Under the pieces are notes generated by a model, which ran no database searches, was not told the DNA's origin, and worked only from the letters and a program-made list of their open reading frames with translations. Shown here piece by piece: positions 9,783-28,714 of a stretch of DNA of 64,000 bases. The position numbers were made by a program, and so were the translations under genes. Position 1 is the stretch's first letter; every line of letters begins with the position of its first letter. Source of the DNA: an uncultured Chloroflexota bacterium (GTDB taxonomy: Bacteria; Chloroflexota; Limnocylindria; Limnocylindrales; CSP1-4); NCBI GenBank assembly GCA_947085195.1, contig CAMTVM010000019.1:25955-89954 (forward strand), read 5' to 3'.

Positions 9783-11684
9783 TCAGGGGCTCTGGTAGAA
9801 GTTGCCGCGCTCGAGCAGGTCGTGGTTCAGGTAGTCCTTCTTGATCTTGAAGTGGTATTGGAGAAACGCCTTGGCGATCTCCGTGCCCGCGTTGCCCTTC
9901 GTCCGGGAGTCGTAGGCGAAGGCGAGGAACAGCAGCTCGGAGTCCGGCTTGGTGAAGTCCGCCTTGTACGGGTTCTTGGGCACAAAGCCGACGAACCAGG
10001 AGTGGAACGGCAGGCGGCCCTTCTTGTCGCGGGTCCCGAACTCGGCGGTGCCGGACTTGCCGGCCACCTTGACGGGCATATCGACAAGGTTGTACGTGTG
10101 GCGGAGGGTGACGGTGGCGCGGGCCGCGAGACGCATCGACCTCAGCGTCTTGGCCGACACGGGCAGCTTGCGGATCAGGTCCGGCTCGAATGACGCGACG
10201 ACCGTGCCGTCCGGTGCCACGATCTCGCGGACGAGCTGCGGACGGTACAGCTTGCCCCCGTTGGCCAGCGCAGCGAACGCGTTGATCAGCTGGATCGGCG
10301 TCGCGACGTCGTAGCCCTGCCCGATGCCCGCCTGGTAGACCTCGCCGGCGAACATCGGCTGGCCGAGCGCGTCGATCTTCCACTGGTTGGACGGGACGAT
10401 GCCGGAGACCTCGCCCGGGAGATCGATGCCCGTTGGCTCGCCGAAGCCGTACATCCTCCCCCAGTAGGCCAGGCGGTCCGCGCCGAGCATGCCGGCGACC
10501 TGGAAGAAGTACGTGTCTGACGAGCGTCCGAAGCCGCAGTTCAAGTCGCACAGGCCGAAACCGCGCTTGTTCCAGTCGTAGAAGCGGGTCGACCCCAGGA
10601 CGAGGTACGCCTTCGTACGGAGCTGCGTGCTGGCCTTGATCTTCCCGTCCTCGAGGCCACCGGTACCGGTCACCAGCTTGTAGGTGGATCCCGGCGGGTA
10701 ATGCGCCTGGACCGCGTGGTTGGTCAGCGGCTTGTCCCTGTTCTTCAGGAGGGCTTGGAAGTCCCGGTTGGAGATCCCCTTGGCGAACAGGTTGTTGTCG
10801 TACGACGGGAGGCTGACGAGCGCGAGAACCTCGCCCGTCTGCGGGTTCATGACGATGAACACGCCGCGCTTGAGGCCTGCCGTCTTCATGCCCCACTTCA
10901 GGGCGGCGGTGGCCTCCTTCTGGACGGTCCTGTCGATGGTCAGCGTGAGGGAGGCTCCGGGGACCGAGTCCTGCAGCGTCTGGAGGACCTGGATGTCGCG
11001 ACCGGTCGCATCGCGCTCCATCAACTCGATGCCGTAGGTCCCTCGCAGCGCCGACTCGAAGGTCGACTCCACGCCGGCCTTGCCGATCATGTCGTCGGCG
11101 AGGTAGCCGCGGTCCGCGAGCCGCGCAAGGGTGCCGCCGTCGATGGGCCCGGTGTAACCGAGGACGTGGGCCAGGAGCGCGCCGTCCGGATATTGGCGGC
11201 GCGTCTCGACCACCACCCGCACCCCCGGCAGCTCGGCTGCGGACTCGGACACGACGCGCGCGGCGTCCTCCGGCACGTCCTGCGCGATCCGGACGGGATC
11301 GAAGCGGGAGCCCGGCGCACTGTCCAGGGTCGCGATGATGTCGGATGCCTCCAGGCCGAGCAGGCCGCCCAGCCGCCGTGCGACGTCCTCGCGACGGCTG
11401 AACGGGAGGTCGGCCGGGGTGATCTTGACCGCGAAGGTCGCGACATTGGTGACGAGCGGCAGCCCGGTGCGGTCGTAGATCAGGCCTCGCGGGGCGGGGA
11501 CAGCCACCTTGGCGGTTCGGGTCACCTCGGCCGCAGCCGCGTACGCAGGGCCGCTGGAGAGCTGAAGGTAGGCGAGTCGTGCCGTGAGCAGACCGAAGGC
11601 CAGGATCGTGGCCAGCCCGAACGCCACGAAGCGGATCGGGCGTCGATCACGCTCGGGTCGCGGGACAAGGTAGGCGTCGTTCAC
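9783..11684 (-). CDS. mrdA: Penicillin-binding protein 2
   Basis: N-terminal TM, APRGLIYDR, PPGSTYK (SxxK), SSD, KSGTAE. Confidence 0.93.
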   Translation of the reverse strand: MNDAYLVPRPERDRRPIRFVAFGLATILAFGLLTARLAYLQLSSGPAYAAAAEVTRTAKVAVPAPRGLIYDRTGLPLVTNVATFAVKITPADLPFSRREDVARRLGGLLGLEASDIIATLDSAPGSRFDPVRIAQDVPEDAARVVSESAAELPGVRVVVETRRQYPDGALLAHVLGYTGPIDGGTLARLADRGYLADDMIGKAGVESTFESALRGTYGIELMERDATGRDIQVLQTLQDSVPGASLTLTIDRTVQKEATAALKWGMKTAGLKRGVFIVMNPQTGEVLALVSLPSYDNNLFAKGISNRDFQALLKNRDKPLTNHAVQAHYPPGSTYKLVTGTGGLEDGKIKASTQLRTKAYLVLGSTRFYDWNKRGFGLCDLNCGFGRSSDTYFFQVAGMLGADRLAYWGRMYGFGEPTGIDLPGEVSGIVPSNQWKIDALGQPMFAGEVYQAGIGQGYDVATPIQLINAFAALANGGKLYRPQLVREIVAPDGTVVASFEPDLIRKLPVSAKTLRSMRLAARATVTLRHTYNLVDMPVKVAGKSGTAEFGTRDKKGRLPFHSWFVGFVPKNPYKADFTKPDSELLFLAFAYDSRTKGNAGTEIAKAFLQYHFKIKKDYLNHDLLERGNFYQSP

Positions 11685-12181
11685 CAGTCCACCCGATCCG
11701 CGGCGCGGCGGCGCAGCACGATGGCCACGGCGAGCGGCCCCACGAGCGCGGCGAGCGCCATGTCGTAGAGGGCGGCCGGCACGACGGCGTCAAGCGCGGC
11801 GTCGGACAGCGGCACATTGGTCAGGGCGGTGGTGGCGAGCAGGAGGAGCATCGAGTAGGCGAGACTCGCGATCAGCGTTGCGAGGATGGGGGCGGCGATC
11901 CTCACCCGGTTGAGGAGGCCTCCGAGCAGGGAGGCGATCCCGATGGCGATGAGGGCCGCGAAGGCGGATGAGCCGAGGGGCCGCTGGCCCAGGATGTCAA
12001 GTGCCAGGCCTCCGACGAAGGCCCAGGCAAGACCGGCTTCGAGACCACCTGCAACCGCCCACACGACGCCGAAGACGAGGACCGGGTGCAGGGCGGCGTC
12101 ACCGATCTTGAGGTACGGGACGACCGTGAACTCGAGGAGCGCGGCCCCCACGGCAGCCGCCGCGGCGATGATGAGATGCAT
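11681..12181 (-). CDS. mreD: Rod shape-determining protein MreD
   Basis: Hydrophobic 166 aa, WAFVGGLALDILG..PLG; GTGA overlap with mrdA. Confidence 0.8.
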   Translation of the reverse strand: MHLIIAAAAAVGAALLEFTVVPYLKIGDAALHPVLVFGVVWAVAGGLEAGLAWAFVGGLALDILGQRPLGSSAFAALIAIGIASLLGGLLNRVRIAAPILATLIASLAYSMLLLLATTALTNVPLSDAALDAVVPAALYDMALAALVGPLAVAIVLRRRAADRVDW

Positions 12182-12319
12182 CTGGGTGATCGATCCTCGG
12201 CTGACGAGCCGACGGTCGGGTGTAGGCGGGTGGCGACCGCGACGACAGGGTGACAGCTTTCTTGCGCGTGCCCAGTATCCCACGCGCCCCCGGAACCGGC
12301 AATCGTCCGGTGCCAGGTG

Positions 12320-12335
12320 TGTTGCACGTGAAACA
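12320..12335. promoter_or_regulatory. parS site 1
   Basis: TGTTGCACGTGAAACA matches parS consensus TGTTNCACGTGAAACA, upstream of parA. Confidence 0.92.
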
Positions 12336-12392
12336 GCCAGGCTGATCCGGCAGACGGGGAACCGGACACCGACCACGCCACGGCGCCCGCAG

Positions 12393-12408
12393 TGTTGCAC
12401 GTGAAACA
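12393..12408. promoter_or_regulatory. parS site 2
   Basis: Identical TGTTGCACGTGAAACA 73 bp downstream of site 1. Confidence 0.92.
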
Positions 12409-12557
12409 GCGGGACCCGCGGCCGGACGCCGGTTGAGTCGGCGATAAGCCGGCTCCGGCACGATGGAGGGGTATCGGTGACGGGTCCGGGCCGGTCGGGA
12501 ATCGGGGCTCCGATGCTAGAATTCACGTTCATGCGAATGATTGGAACGGGAGGCTGA

Positions 12558-13357
12558 GTGGGCCGGACGATCGCCTGCACCAACCAGAAGGGCGGCGTCG
12601 GGAAGACCACGACGGTGGTCAATCTCGCAACCTACCTCGCGCTCCTTGGTGACCGCGTCCTCGTCATCGACCTTGATCCCCAGGGCAACGCCACGAGCGG
12701 TTTCGGGATCGACCGTGCCGTCGTGGAGGGATCGATCTACGACGCGCTCGTCGACGAGCGGCCGCTGGCCGGGCTGCACATCGCCACGCCCGTGGACGGC
12801 CTTCGCCTCGTGCCCTCGTCGATCTCGCTGGCCGGTGCCGAGGTGGAGCTGGCACCCGTCGCCGGACGGGAGCGCCGCCTGGGCCGCGCCATGCATGCGG
12901 AGCGCGATGCGTGGGACTGGATCCTCGTCGACTGTCCGCCGTCGCTCGGCCTGCTCACGGTCAACGCGCTGACCGGGGCCGACGCCGTCCTGATCCCAAT
13001 CCAGTGCGAGTACTACGCGCTGGAGGGGCTCACGCAGCTGATCGCGACCATCAACCTCGTTCGTGACCACCTCAACCCGGACCTCGAGATCTCCGGCGTG
13101 GTCCTCACGATGTTCGACGCCCGCACGAACCTCTCCTCGGAGGTCGCCTCGGAGGTCCGCCGCCACCTGCACGAGGCCGTCTTCGAGACCATCGTGCCGC
13201 GCAGCGTCCGGCTGTCGGAGGCACCGAGCCATGGGCTCCCGATCGCGCTGTACCGGCCGGACTCCAGGGGCGCCGAGGCGTATGCCCACCTTGCGCAGGA
13301 GCTGCGCGACCGCCGCGGGCCCTTCGAGCGGGTCGCCGTGCCGGCGGGAGTCGTCGC

Positions 13358-13361
<4 letters not shown>
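12558..13361 (+). CDS. parA: Chromosome partitioning ATPase ParA/Soj
   Basis: NQKGGVGKTTT, DLDPQGNAT, DCPPSLG, EAPSHG. Confidence 0.95.
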
Positions 13362-16755
<3,394 letters not shown>

Positions 16756-16759
<4 letters not shown>

Positions 16760-17745
16760 CCACGGTGCAGGACGTCCGCGTGCCGGGCGTGACCACTGTC
16801 CGCGTCCGGGCCCTGGTGGCGGAGCGCCTGCCGGCCGCGATCGCCCTCGGCCGCAAGGCCGGCGACGTCGCCCCGGATCCCGCCGCGGCGGTCGAAATCC
16901 TGCGCCTCGGCCTGCCGGACCTCGCCGACCCCGAGTACCTCGCCGGCCGACAGCATGTCGCCCCCGGCATCGGCCTCGTGCTGGGAGTCCGCGGCCCCGT
17001 GCTCCACGCGGTGAGTCGCGGCCTGCGCGCCACCACGCGCCGGGATCGGGGCTCCACCCTGCTGGACCTCGCCGAGCGCATGCTCGGGCAGGCACCGCTC
17101 GAGTTCCACTGGCTCGCGTACGACCTCCTCGAGCGCACGATCGCCACGGACCCGGAGCGGACCTGGCAGCTCGTGCGCGCCGAGGCAGGCACGGCCGCCG
17201 ACTGGATCACCGTGGATACCCTCGCCCGCGTCGCGGGCCGCGGCATCCTGGCGGAGTCGTACCGCTGGGCGGAGCTGGAGCAGCTCGTCTACTCGCCGTC
17301 GCGCTGGGAGCGCCGCCTGGTCGGCTCCACCGTGGCCACCATCCCGTTCACGGACCGGACGGCGGGCCGCACGCCGGCCGTCGCGCGTCGCGGCCTCGCC
17401 CTGGTGCGGGACCTGGTGGGGGATGCCGAGCCGGACGTCCAGAGGGCCCTCTCCTGGGCCCTGCGCTCCATGGTGTTGATCGACCTGCCCGCCACGCTCG
17501 CGTTCCTGCGGGCGGAGGCCTCGCGTGCGGCCGCGACCGCCGACGGCCACCGGGCCTGGGTCATCCGCGACACGTTCGCGAAGCTGCCGGCGCCCGTCGT
17601 CGCCGAGCTGGCCGCCAGCCTCGCCGGCGTCCGGAGGCGGTCCGGCACCCCCTCGACATCCAACGCCTCGGCGACGGCCGCCGACTTCCTGGGTCTCGGC
17701 GTCGGCGTCCCGCCGGCGGAGCGGCCCATCGTCCCCCGACCCTGA
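16756..17745 (+). CDS. DNA alkylation repair protein (AlkD-like HEAT repeat)
   Basis: GVRGP, DWITVDTLA, WERR, VQRALSWALRS; ATG 16756 overlaps upstream stop. Confidence 0.7.
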
Positions 17746-17788
17746 CCAGCCCAATCCCTGACCCGACCGACCGGAGGAGAGCCACCAC

Positions 17789-20349
<2,561 letters not shown>

Positions 20350-20353
<4 letters not shown>

Positions 20354-21441
20354 CCGCCTTCGGCGAACGGGAGGCCGGCTTGTACGCGGACCAGTTCGAG
20401 ATCTACCACGGCAACGCCAACCCGGAGCTGGCCCGGAAGATCTCGCGCTGGCTGGGGAGCGAGCCGGGTCGCGCCGAGGTGTTCCAGTTCGCGAACGAGA
20501 ACATCTTCGTCCGGATCGTGGACAACGTCCGCGAGAAGGACGTGTTCGTGGTGCAGCCCACGTCGCGGCCGGTCAACCAGTCGATCATGGAGCTCCTGAT
20601 CATGATCGACGCCTTCAAGCGGGCGTCAGCCGGGCGCATCACCGCCGTGGTTCCGTACTACGCGTACGGCCGCTCCGACAAGAAGGACCAGCCCCGGGTG
20701 CCGATCACGGCCCGCCTGGTCGCGGACATGATCACCGTCGCCGGGGCGGACCGGATGCTGACGATGGACCTCCACCAGGGCCAGATCCAGGGCTTCTTCA
20801 ACATCCCCGTGGACGAGCTGACGGCCGTCCACATGCTCAGCCGCTACTTCCTGGACCGGCATCTCGAGGACTCCGTCATCGTGACGGACCTCGGCTTCGC
20901 GAAGCGGGCCAGGGCGTTCGCGGAGCTCCTGGACGCACCGCTCGCCATCGTGGAGAAGCGCCGCCACGGCAACCTCGACCGGGCCGAGGTGATCAACGTC
21001 ATCGGCGAGGTGCGCGGGCGCCGCGCGATCATCGTGGACGACGAGATCGACACGGCCGGCACGCTGATCGAGATCTCCCGCGCGCTGGAGCGCGAGGGTG
21101 TGCACGAGATCTACGCCTGCGCCACGCACGGCGTGCTGTCGGACCCGTCGATCGAGCGGATCGCGAACTCGAACGTGATCGAGCTGGTGATCACGGACAC
21201 GATCCCGCTGACCCCCGAGCGGCACCTCCCAAAGATCAAGGTCCTGTCCGTGGCACCCCTCATCGGCGAGGCGATCAGGCGCATCCACCGCGGCGAATCC
21301 GTGGGTGCGCTGTTCTCCTCCGAAGTCTCGTTCACCCAGGAGATGCTCCTGTGGGACGAGGGAATCGGCGCCGCCGGGAACGGTTCGATGTCGGTCGTGG
21401 ACGGCGTACCATCAGCCATGACCGCATCAGCCGGCGCCTGA
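20350..21441 (+). CDS. prs: Ribose-phosphate pyrophosphokinase
   Basis: [39 protein letters not shown]. Confidence 0.93.
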
Positions 21442-21465
21442 GCGCCCGCCACCACTCGGAGACCC

Positions 21466-21720
21466 ATGAGCCTGCAGCTGCACCGCCCTGACGGCAAGGG
21501 TGGACTCGAGGTCCGCACCACACCGGACCACGACTGGCGGAGCGACCTCCGCTCCACGCGCTGGGGAGCGGCGCTCAAGGGCCGCCGCCTGCCCGCGCTC
21601 GCGAACCCGGAGATGAACCCCACCTCCACCGCGCGGGCTGTCGCGTTCTGGCTGGCGCTCGCGGTGATCACGTTCGCATCGATCGTGGTCGGGTACGGCT
21701 CGGGCTTCTGGAGCTTCTAG
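21466..21720 (+). CDS. Hypothetical small protein with C-terminal TM helix
   Basis: GGAG RBS, GC-rich codon usage, AVAFWLALAVITFASIVVGYGSGFW. Confidence 0.65.
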   Translation: MSLQLHRPDGKGGLEVRTTPDHDWRSDLRSTRWGAALKGRRLPALANPEMNPTSTARAVAFWLALAVITFASIVVGYGSGFWSF

Positions 21721-21762
21721 CGGCGGGAACCTGATCGGCGAGGCCGGCGTCCGGGAGGCACC

Positions 21763-22005
21763 ATGCGACGGATCCTCATCTGCAGCGGCGTCCTCGGCGG
21801 CGGCACGGCCCTCGTCTTCGGCGCGGCAGCGCTCACCGCGGTCCTGGTGCCGCCGAGCCGGATCGTCCCCCAGGGGCCGGACATCATGTTCGGCGGGGCC
21901 ATGCCCGCAAGGTTCGCGCCGGTCCCGTTGATCTTGAGGGACGACGGGTTGCGGATGAGGGTCGGCCCCCCGGTCGATCTGCCGGCCCCGGAGGCGCTCC
22001 GCTGA
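21763..22005 (+). CDS. Hypothetical small membrane protein (paralog A)
   Basis: GGGAGG RBS; SGVLGGGTALVFGAAAL hydrophobic N-terminus. Confidence 0.6.
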   Translation: MRRILICSGVLGGGTALVFGAAALTAVLVPPSRIVPQGPDIMFGGAMPARFAPVPLILRDDGLRMRVGPPVDLPAPEALR

Positions 22006-22253
22006 TGCGTCCCGGCTTCGTCGTCTCCGGCGCCCTCGGCATCGGCACGGTTCTCGTGTTCGGCGCCGCGGCCCTCGTCTCCACCCTGTTCCCCAACGGC
22101 ACCACCGTGGCCGCCGGGTGGAACGGCGGCATGGTGTGGACCAGGGAGCAGGCCTTCGTCGAGGGCGGCGTCGCCGTCCCGGTTCCGGCCCCGGAGATCG
22201 TCGGGGGCGGCGGCATGCTGATGTCACCGGAGCCGGCTCCCCCGGAGCGATAG
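22005..22253 (+). CDS. Hypothetical small membrane protein (paralog B)
   Basis: TGATG overlap; SGALGIGTVLVFGAAAL closely matches paralog A. Confidence 0.6.
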   Translation: MRPGFVVSGALGIGTVLVFGAAALVSTLFPNGTTVAAGWNGGMVWTREQAFVEGGVAVPVPAPEIVGGGGMLMSPEPAPPER

Positions 22254-22414
22254 TCCGGCGGTCGGCCTGTCGGCGCAGCAGGATCCCTTTCGGGCCCTCG
22301 CAGTCAGCGCGCCCGGCGGGCGGGTGGCACCGAGCGGCACCAACCCGCCATCGCTCGGCCCGTCCCCGCTCGCGAACCGGAGGCCCCGCGCCCGCACCCT
22401 ATACTCAGCCGGCC

Positions 22415-25396
<2,982 letters not shown>

Positions 25397-25419
25397 CCCG
25401 CGCACCGTCTCGGGACCTG

Positions 25420-26022
25420 ATGCGCCTGGTCCTCGGCGGCGGTCTCGCCGTCCTGCTCGCCACCGGCTTCGCCACGGTCCGCATCTGGCAGCAGGGCGCC
25501 ACCGACGAGCGACGGCCCGCCGACGCGATCGTCGTCCTGGGCGCGGCACAGTACGACGGCCGGCCATCACCGGTGCTCGAGGCCCGCCTGGAGCATGCGG
25601 TGGCGCTCTGGAAGGAGGGGATCGCCCGGTGGTTCGTCGTCACGGGCGGCAAGCTCCCCGCCGACCGCACGACGGAGGCGGCGGTGGCGCGCGCCTATGC
25701 CATCGCCCACGGCGTACCGGAGAGCGCGATCTTCGGCGAGGACGAGGCCCACAACACGCTCGACTCGCTGGCCGCCGTGGCCGTCCGGATGCGGGAGCGC
25801 GGCCTTCGGACGGCGGTGCTGGTGTCCGACCCGACGCACATGCTGCGGACCCTGCGGATCGCCGGGGACCTGGGTCTCGAGGCCTTTGGTTCGCCCACCA
25901 GGACCTCGCCCATCGCCGGCGATCCGGCCCGCGCTGCCCGGGCGACGTTGCACGAGCTGGGCGCCCTGGGGGTCTACTTCGTCACCGGTGGCGCACCGAC
26001 GGTGGAGCAGGCGGGCGGATAG
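25420..26022 (+). CDS. YdcF/DUF218 family protein
   Basis: ADAIVVLGA, VTGG, TEA, NT, VSDPTHMLR; may start at CTG 25393. Confidence 0.85.
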   Translation: MRLVLGGGLAVLLATGFATVRIWQQGATDERRPADAIVVLGAAQYDGRPSPVLEARLEHAVALWKEGIARWFVVTGGKLPADRTTEAAVARAYAIAHGVPESAIFGEDEAHNTLDSLAAVAVRMRERGLRTAVLVSDPTHMLRTLRIAGDLGLEAFGSPTRTSPIAGDPARAARATLHELGALGVYFVTGGAPTVEQAGG

Positions 26023-26078
26023 AGGCACCCAGGCCCCCGAATCGCGCGAATTTCCGCGCCGGAACGCGTTTCCCCCTC

Positions 26079-26107
26079 TTGGAATGCGCGGGACCCTCTC
26101 CTATACT
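26079..26107 (+). promoter_or_regulatory. sigma70-type promoter of Cys-rich ORF-prfB unit
   Basis: TTGGAA-N17-TATACT. Confidence 0.6.
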
Positions 26108-26233
26108 CGGGCGAAGTCCTTCGTCACCTCAGGGACCGGCGTCGAGCCACACCACCGCCCAGAGCTCCTCGCGGCGCCCCCGTCCCGAACCGTCACGCCC
26201 GACCGACACCCGAAGGATCAGAGAGAGGGAGCT

Positions 26234-26458
26234 GTGAAGCAGGCCGAGGAAGCCCAGTTCGTGGATCTCATTGCTTGCGAACGGGACTGCCGGTCCTGCA
26301 GTTATGCCGCCGTCCTCGACTGCGATGGCAATTGCGGCGTCTGCCCCCACAACTCATATTGCCCATGCGTGAACCCCGTCGTCGCCCGGAGCAAGACCGC
26401 CCTGCGGCTGATCGAGCTCCGTCCGATCCTGCTCCACGATCTCCAGGTGCGGACGTAG
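26234..26458 (+). CDS. Small Cys-rich protein (74 aa, 8 Cys, two CxxxCxxC)
   Basis: GAGGGAG RBS then GTG; MKQAEEAQFVDLIACERDCRSCSYAAVLDCDGNCGVCPHNSYCPCVNP...; its TAG overlaps the prfB GTG. Confidence 0.7.
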   Translation: MKQAEEAQFVDLIACERDCRSCSYAAVLDCDGNCGVCPHNSYCPCVNPVVARSKTALRLIELRPILLHDLQVRT

Positions 26459-27583
26459 TGGACCCCTCGTCCACCCGGGACCTGGCGGAGCGGATCCGGT
26501 CGACCTCGGGGCGGCTTTGACCTCGCTGCGAAGAGCGAGCGACTGACCACACTCGACGGACGCGCGTCCGAATCCGGCTTCTGGGACGACCAGCGCTCGG
26601 CGCAGAAAGTCCTGCGCGAAGCCGAGGGCCTGCGCGAGGAGATCACCCTCTGGCGGTCCCTGGAGAAGCGTGCCCTGGACCTGGAGGAGCTGCTCGGGCT
26701 CCTTGAGGGCAGCCCCGATCCCGAGACGGAGGCCGACGTCGAGCGCGAGGCGGACGCGTTGCGCGCGGACTTCCAGCGTGAGCGAACGCTCCTCCTGTTC
26801 TCCGGCGAGTACGACGCCAAGAACGCCGTCCTGACGATCAGCGCAGGCGCAGGTGGCACCGAGGCCACGGACTGGGCCGAGATGCTCCTCCGCATGTACC
26901 TCCGCTGGGCAGAGCGCCACCGCTTCAGGACGGACATCATCGACTCCCAGGAGGGCGAGCAGGCGGGCATCAAGAGCGCGACGATCGCCATCACCGGCCG
27001 CTTCGCCTACGGCTGGCTGCGCGCGGAACGCGGCGTCCACCGGCTGGTCCGGATCAGCCCTTACGACGGCCAGAAGCGCCGCCAGACCACCTTCGCACTG
27101 GTCGAGGTCATGCCGGAGGCGGACGAGGATGTCGCGATCGAGCTCAACTGGGACGAGATCCGGACGGACACCTTCCGCTCCTCGGGCGCGGGGGGACAGC
27201 ACGTCCAGAAGACCGAGTCGGCGATCCGGCTGACGCACATCCCCACCGGGATCGTCGTCGCGTGCCAGAACGAGCGATCCGCGACCCAGAACCGCGAGAT
27301 CGCGATCCGCGTCCTCAAGTCCCGGCTCCTGGAGCTGCAGCTCGAGAAACGCGAGGAGGAGCTCCGCAAGCTCCGCGGCGAGCACGTGACGGCCGGCTGG
27401 GGCAACCAGATCCGCTCCTACGTGCTGCACCCGTACCAGATGGTCAAGGACCTCCGATCCGGTCACGAGACGTCCAACACGGGCGCCACCCTCGACGGCG
27501 ACCTCGACACGTTCATGCAGGCGGAGCTGGAGCGCGTGGCCACGGGACAGCCGCCCTCCACGGACGACGACGAGGACGCCTGA
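26458..27583 (+). CDS. prfB: Peptide chain release factor 2 (programmed +1 frameshift)
   Basis: MDPSSTRDLAERIRSTSGRL|DLAAKSERL...GFWDD, GVHRLVRISPY, GGQ, WGNQIRSYV. Confidence 0.95.
26508..26521 (+). promoter_or_regulatory. RF2 +1 programmed frameshift cassette
   Basis: GGGG-CGG-CTT-TGA-C: internal SD-like run then the canonical slippery site; homology continues in the +1 frame. Confidence 0.92.
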
Positions 27584-27586
27584 GCC

Positions 27587-28639
27587 GTGCGTCCCGCCCA
27601 CGCCGTCAGGTACCGGCCGGGGCGGGCTGACGACCTCGACGCGTGCGTCCGGACCTGGAGGGCGGGCCTCGAGGGCTACCAGTCTCGGCTTGGGCTGCCT
27701 CCGGTACCCGACGACCTCGGGCCGCTCCGGCGGCTGCTGGCCCACACGCTCGCCACGGACCCGGCCAGGTTCTGGGTCGCCGTCGCCCCGCACGCGGGCG
27801 GGGGTGGGGTCGCGGGTGAGGGTGGGGGCGCGGGATCCGATGGCACCCTGGACCGGGTGATCGGGTTCTCCTCGGCCACGGTTCGCGAGGGGCTCTGGTT
27901 CCTGGCCATGCTGTTCGTGGAGCCCGGCGTGCAGGCCGAGGGCATCGGGTCCGCGCTGATGGACCGGGCCCAGGCCGGTCTCGACGTGGACCCGGGTGGG
28001 CCGGCGGTGCCGGGACCTGACGACCCGTTCGAGAGCGGCATCACCACCTGGGGCATGTGCACGGACTCCCTGCAGCCGGCCTCCAACGGCCTCTACGCCA
28101 GCCGCGGCATGCTGCCCCGGGTCCCCATCTGGCGCCTGTTCGGGGAGCCCCGGCGCTGGTCGGCCCTGCCGCCGCTCCCGGCTTCGCTGGAGTCCGTGCC
28201 GTTCGAGGCGCTGGCTGCCGACGGCCGGGAGGGCCATCGTCGCCTGGCGGACGTCGTGGACGCGCTGGACCGGGAGGTCACCGGTGCCGCGCACGGCGCG
28301 GACCATGCGTACCTCCGACGAGACGGGCGGGCCGGGTTCCTCGTCCGGGAGCGTGGCACCGGACGAGCGCTCGGGTACGGGTACGGCTCCGCGGTCGGGC
28401 GGCTGGGACCGGTTGCGGCCCTGGACCCGGCCCTCCTTCCGGCGATCCTCGGCACGATCGTGCGGGAGACGCCCGCCCTGGGCCCCGTGGCGATCTGGGT
28501 GCCGGGCACGGCCGCCCAGGCCACGCGCGCGCTCTTGGCCGCCGGCCTCCGGTTCGACGGCTTCCCGGCGCTGGTCTGCTGGTCAGCGCCCTGGCACCCC
28601 TTCGAGCGCTACATCCCGATCTCGCTCGCGCTCGTGTGA
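27587..28639 (+). CDS. GNAT family N-acetyltransferase (tandem)
   Basis: LAMLFVEPGVQAEGIGSALM acetyl-CoA motif, LYASRG, second domain RLGPVAA. Confidence 0.8.
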   Translation: MRPAHAVRYRPGRADDLDACVRTWRAGLEGYQSRLGLPPVPDDLGPLRRLLAHTLATDPARFWVAVAPHAGGGGVAGEGGGAGSDGTLDRVIGFSSATVREGLWFLAMLFVEPGVQAEGIGSALMDRAQAGLDVDPGGPAVPGPDDPFESGITTWGMCTDSLQPASNGLYASRGMLPRVPIWRLFGEPRRWSALPPLPASLESVPFEALAADGREGHRRLADVVDALDREVTGAAHGADHAYLRRDGRAGFLVRERGTGRALGYGYGSAVGRLGPVAALDPALLPAILGTIVRETPALGPVAIWVPGTAAQATRALLAAGLRFDGFPALVCWSAPWHPFERYIPISLALV

Positions 28640-28714
28640 CCGTCGCCCGGACCGCCCCGGCGAGACCACCCCGGAGGGCGCGGCGCCGTGCTGTGCTAGC
28701 CTCGCGTTCCAGCC

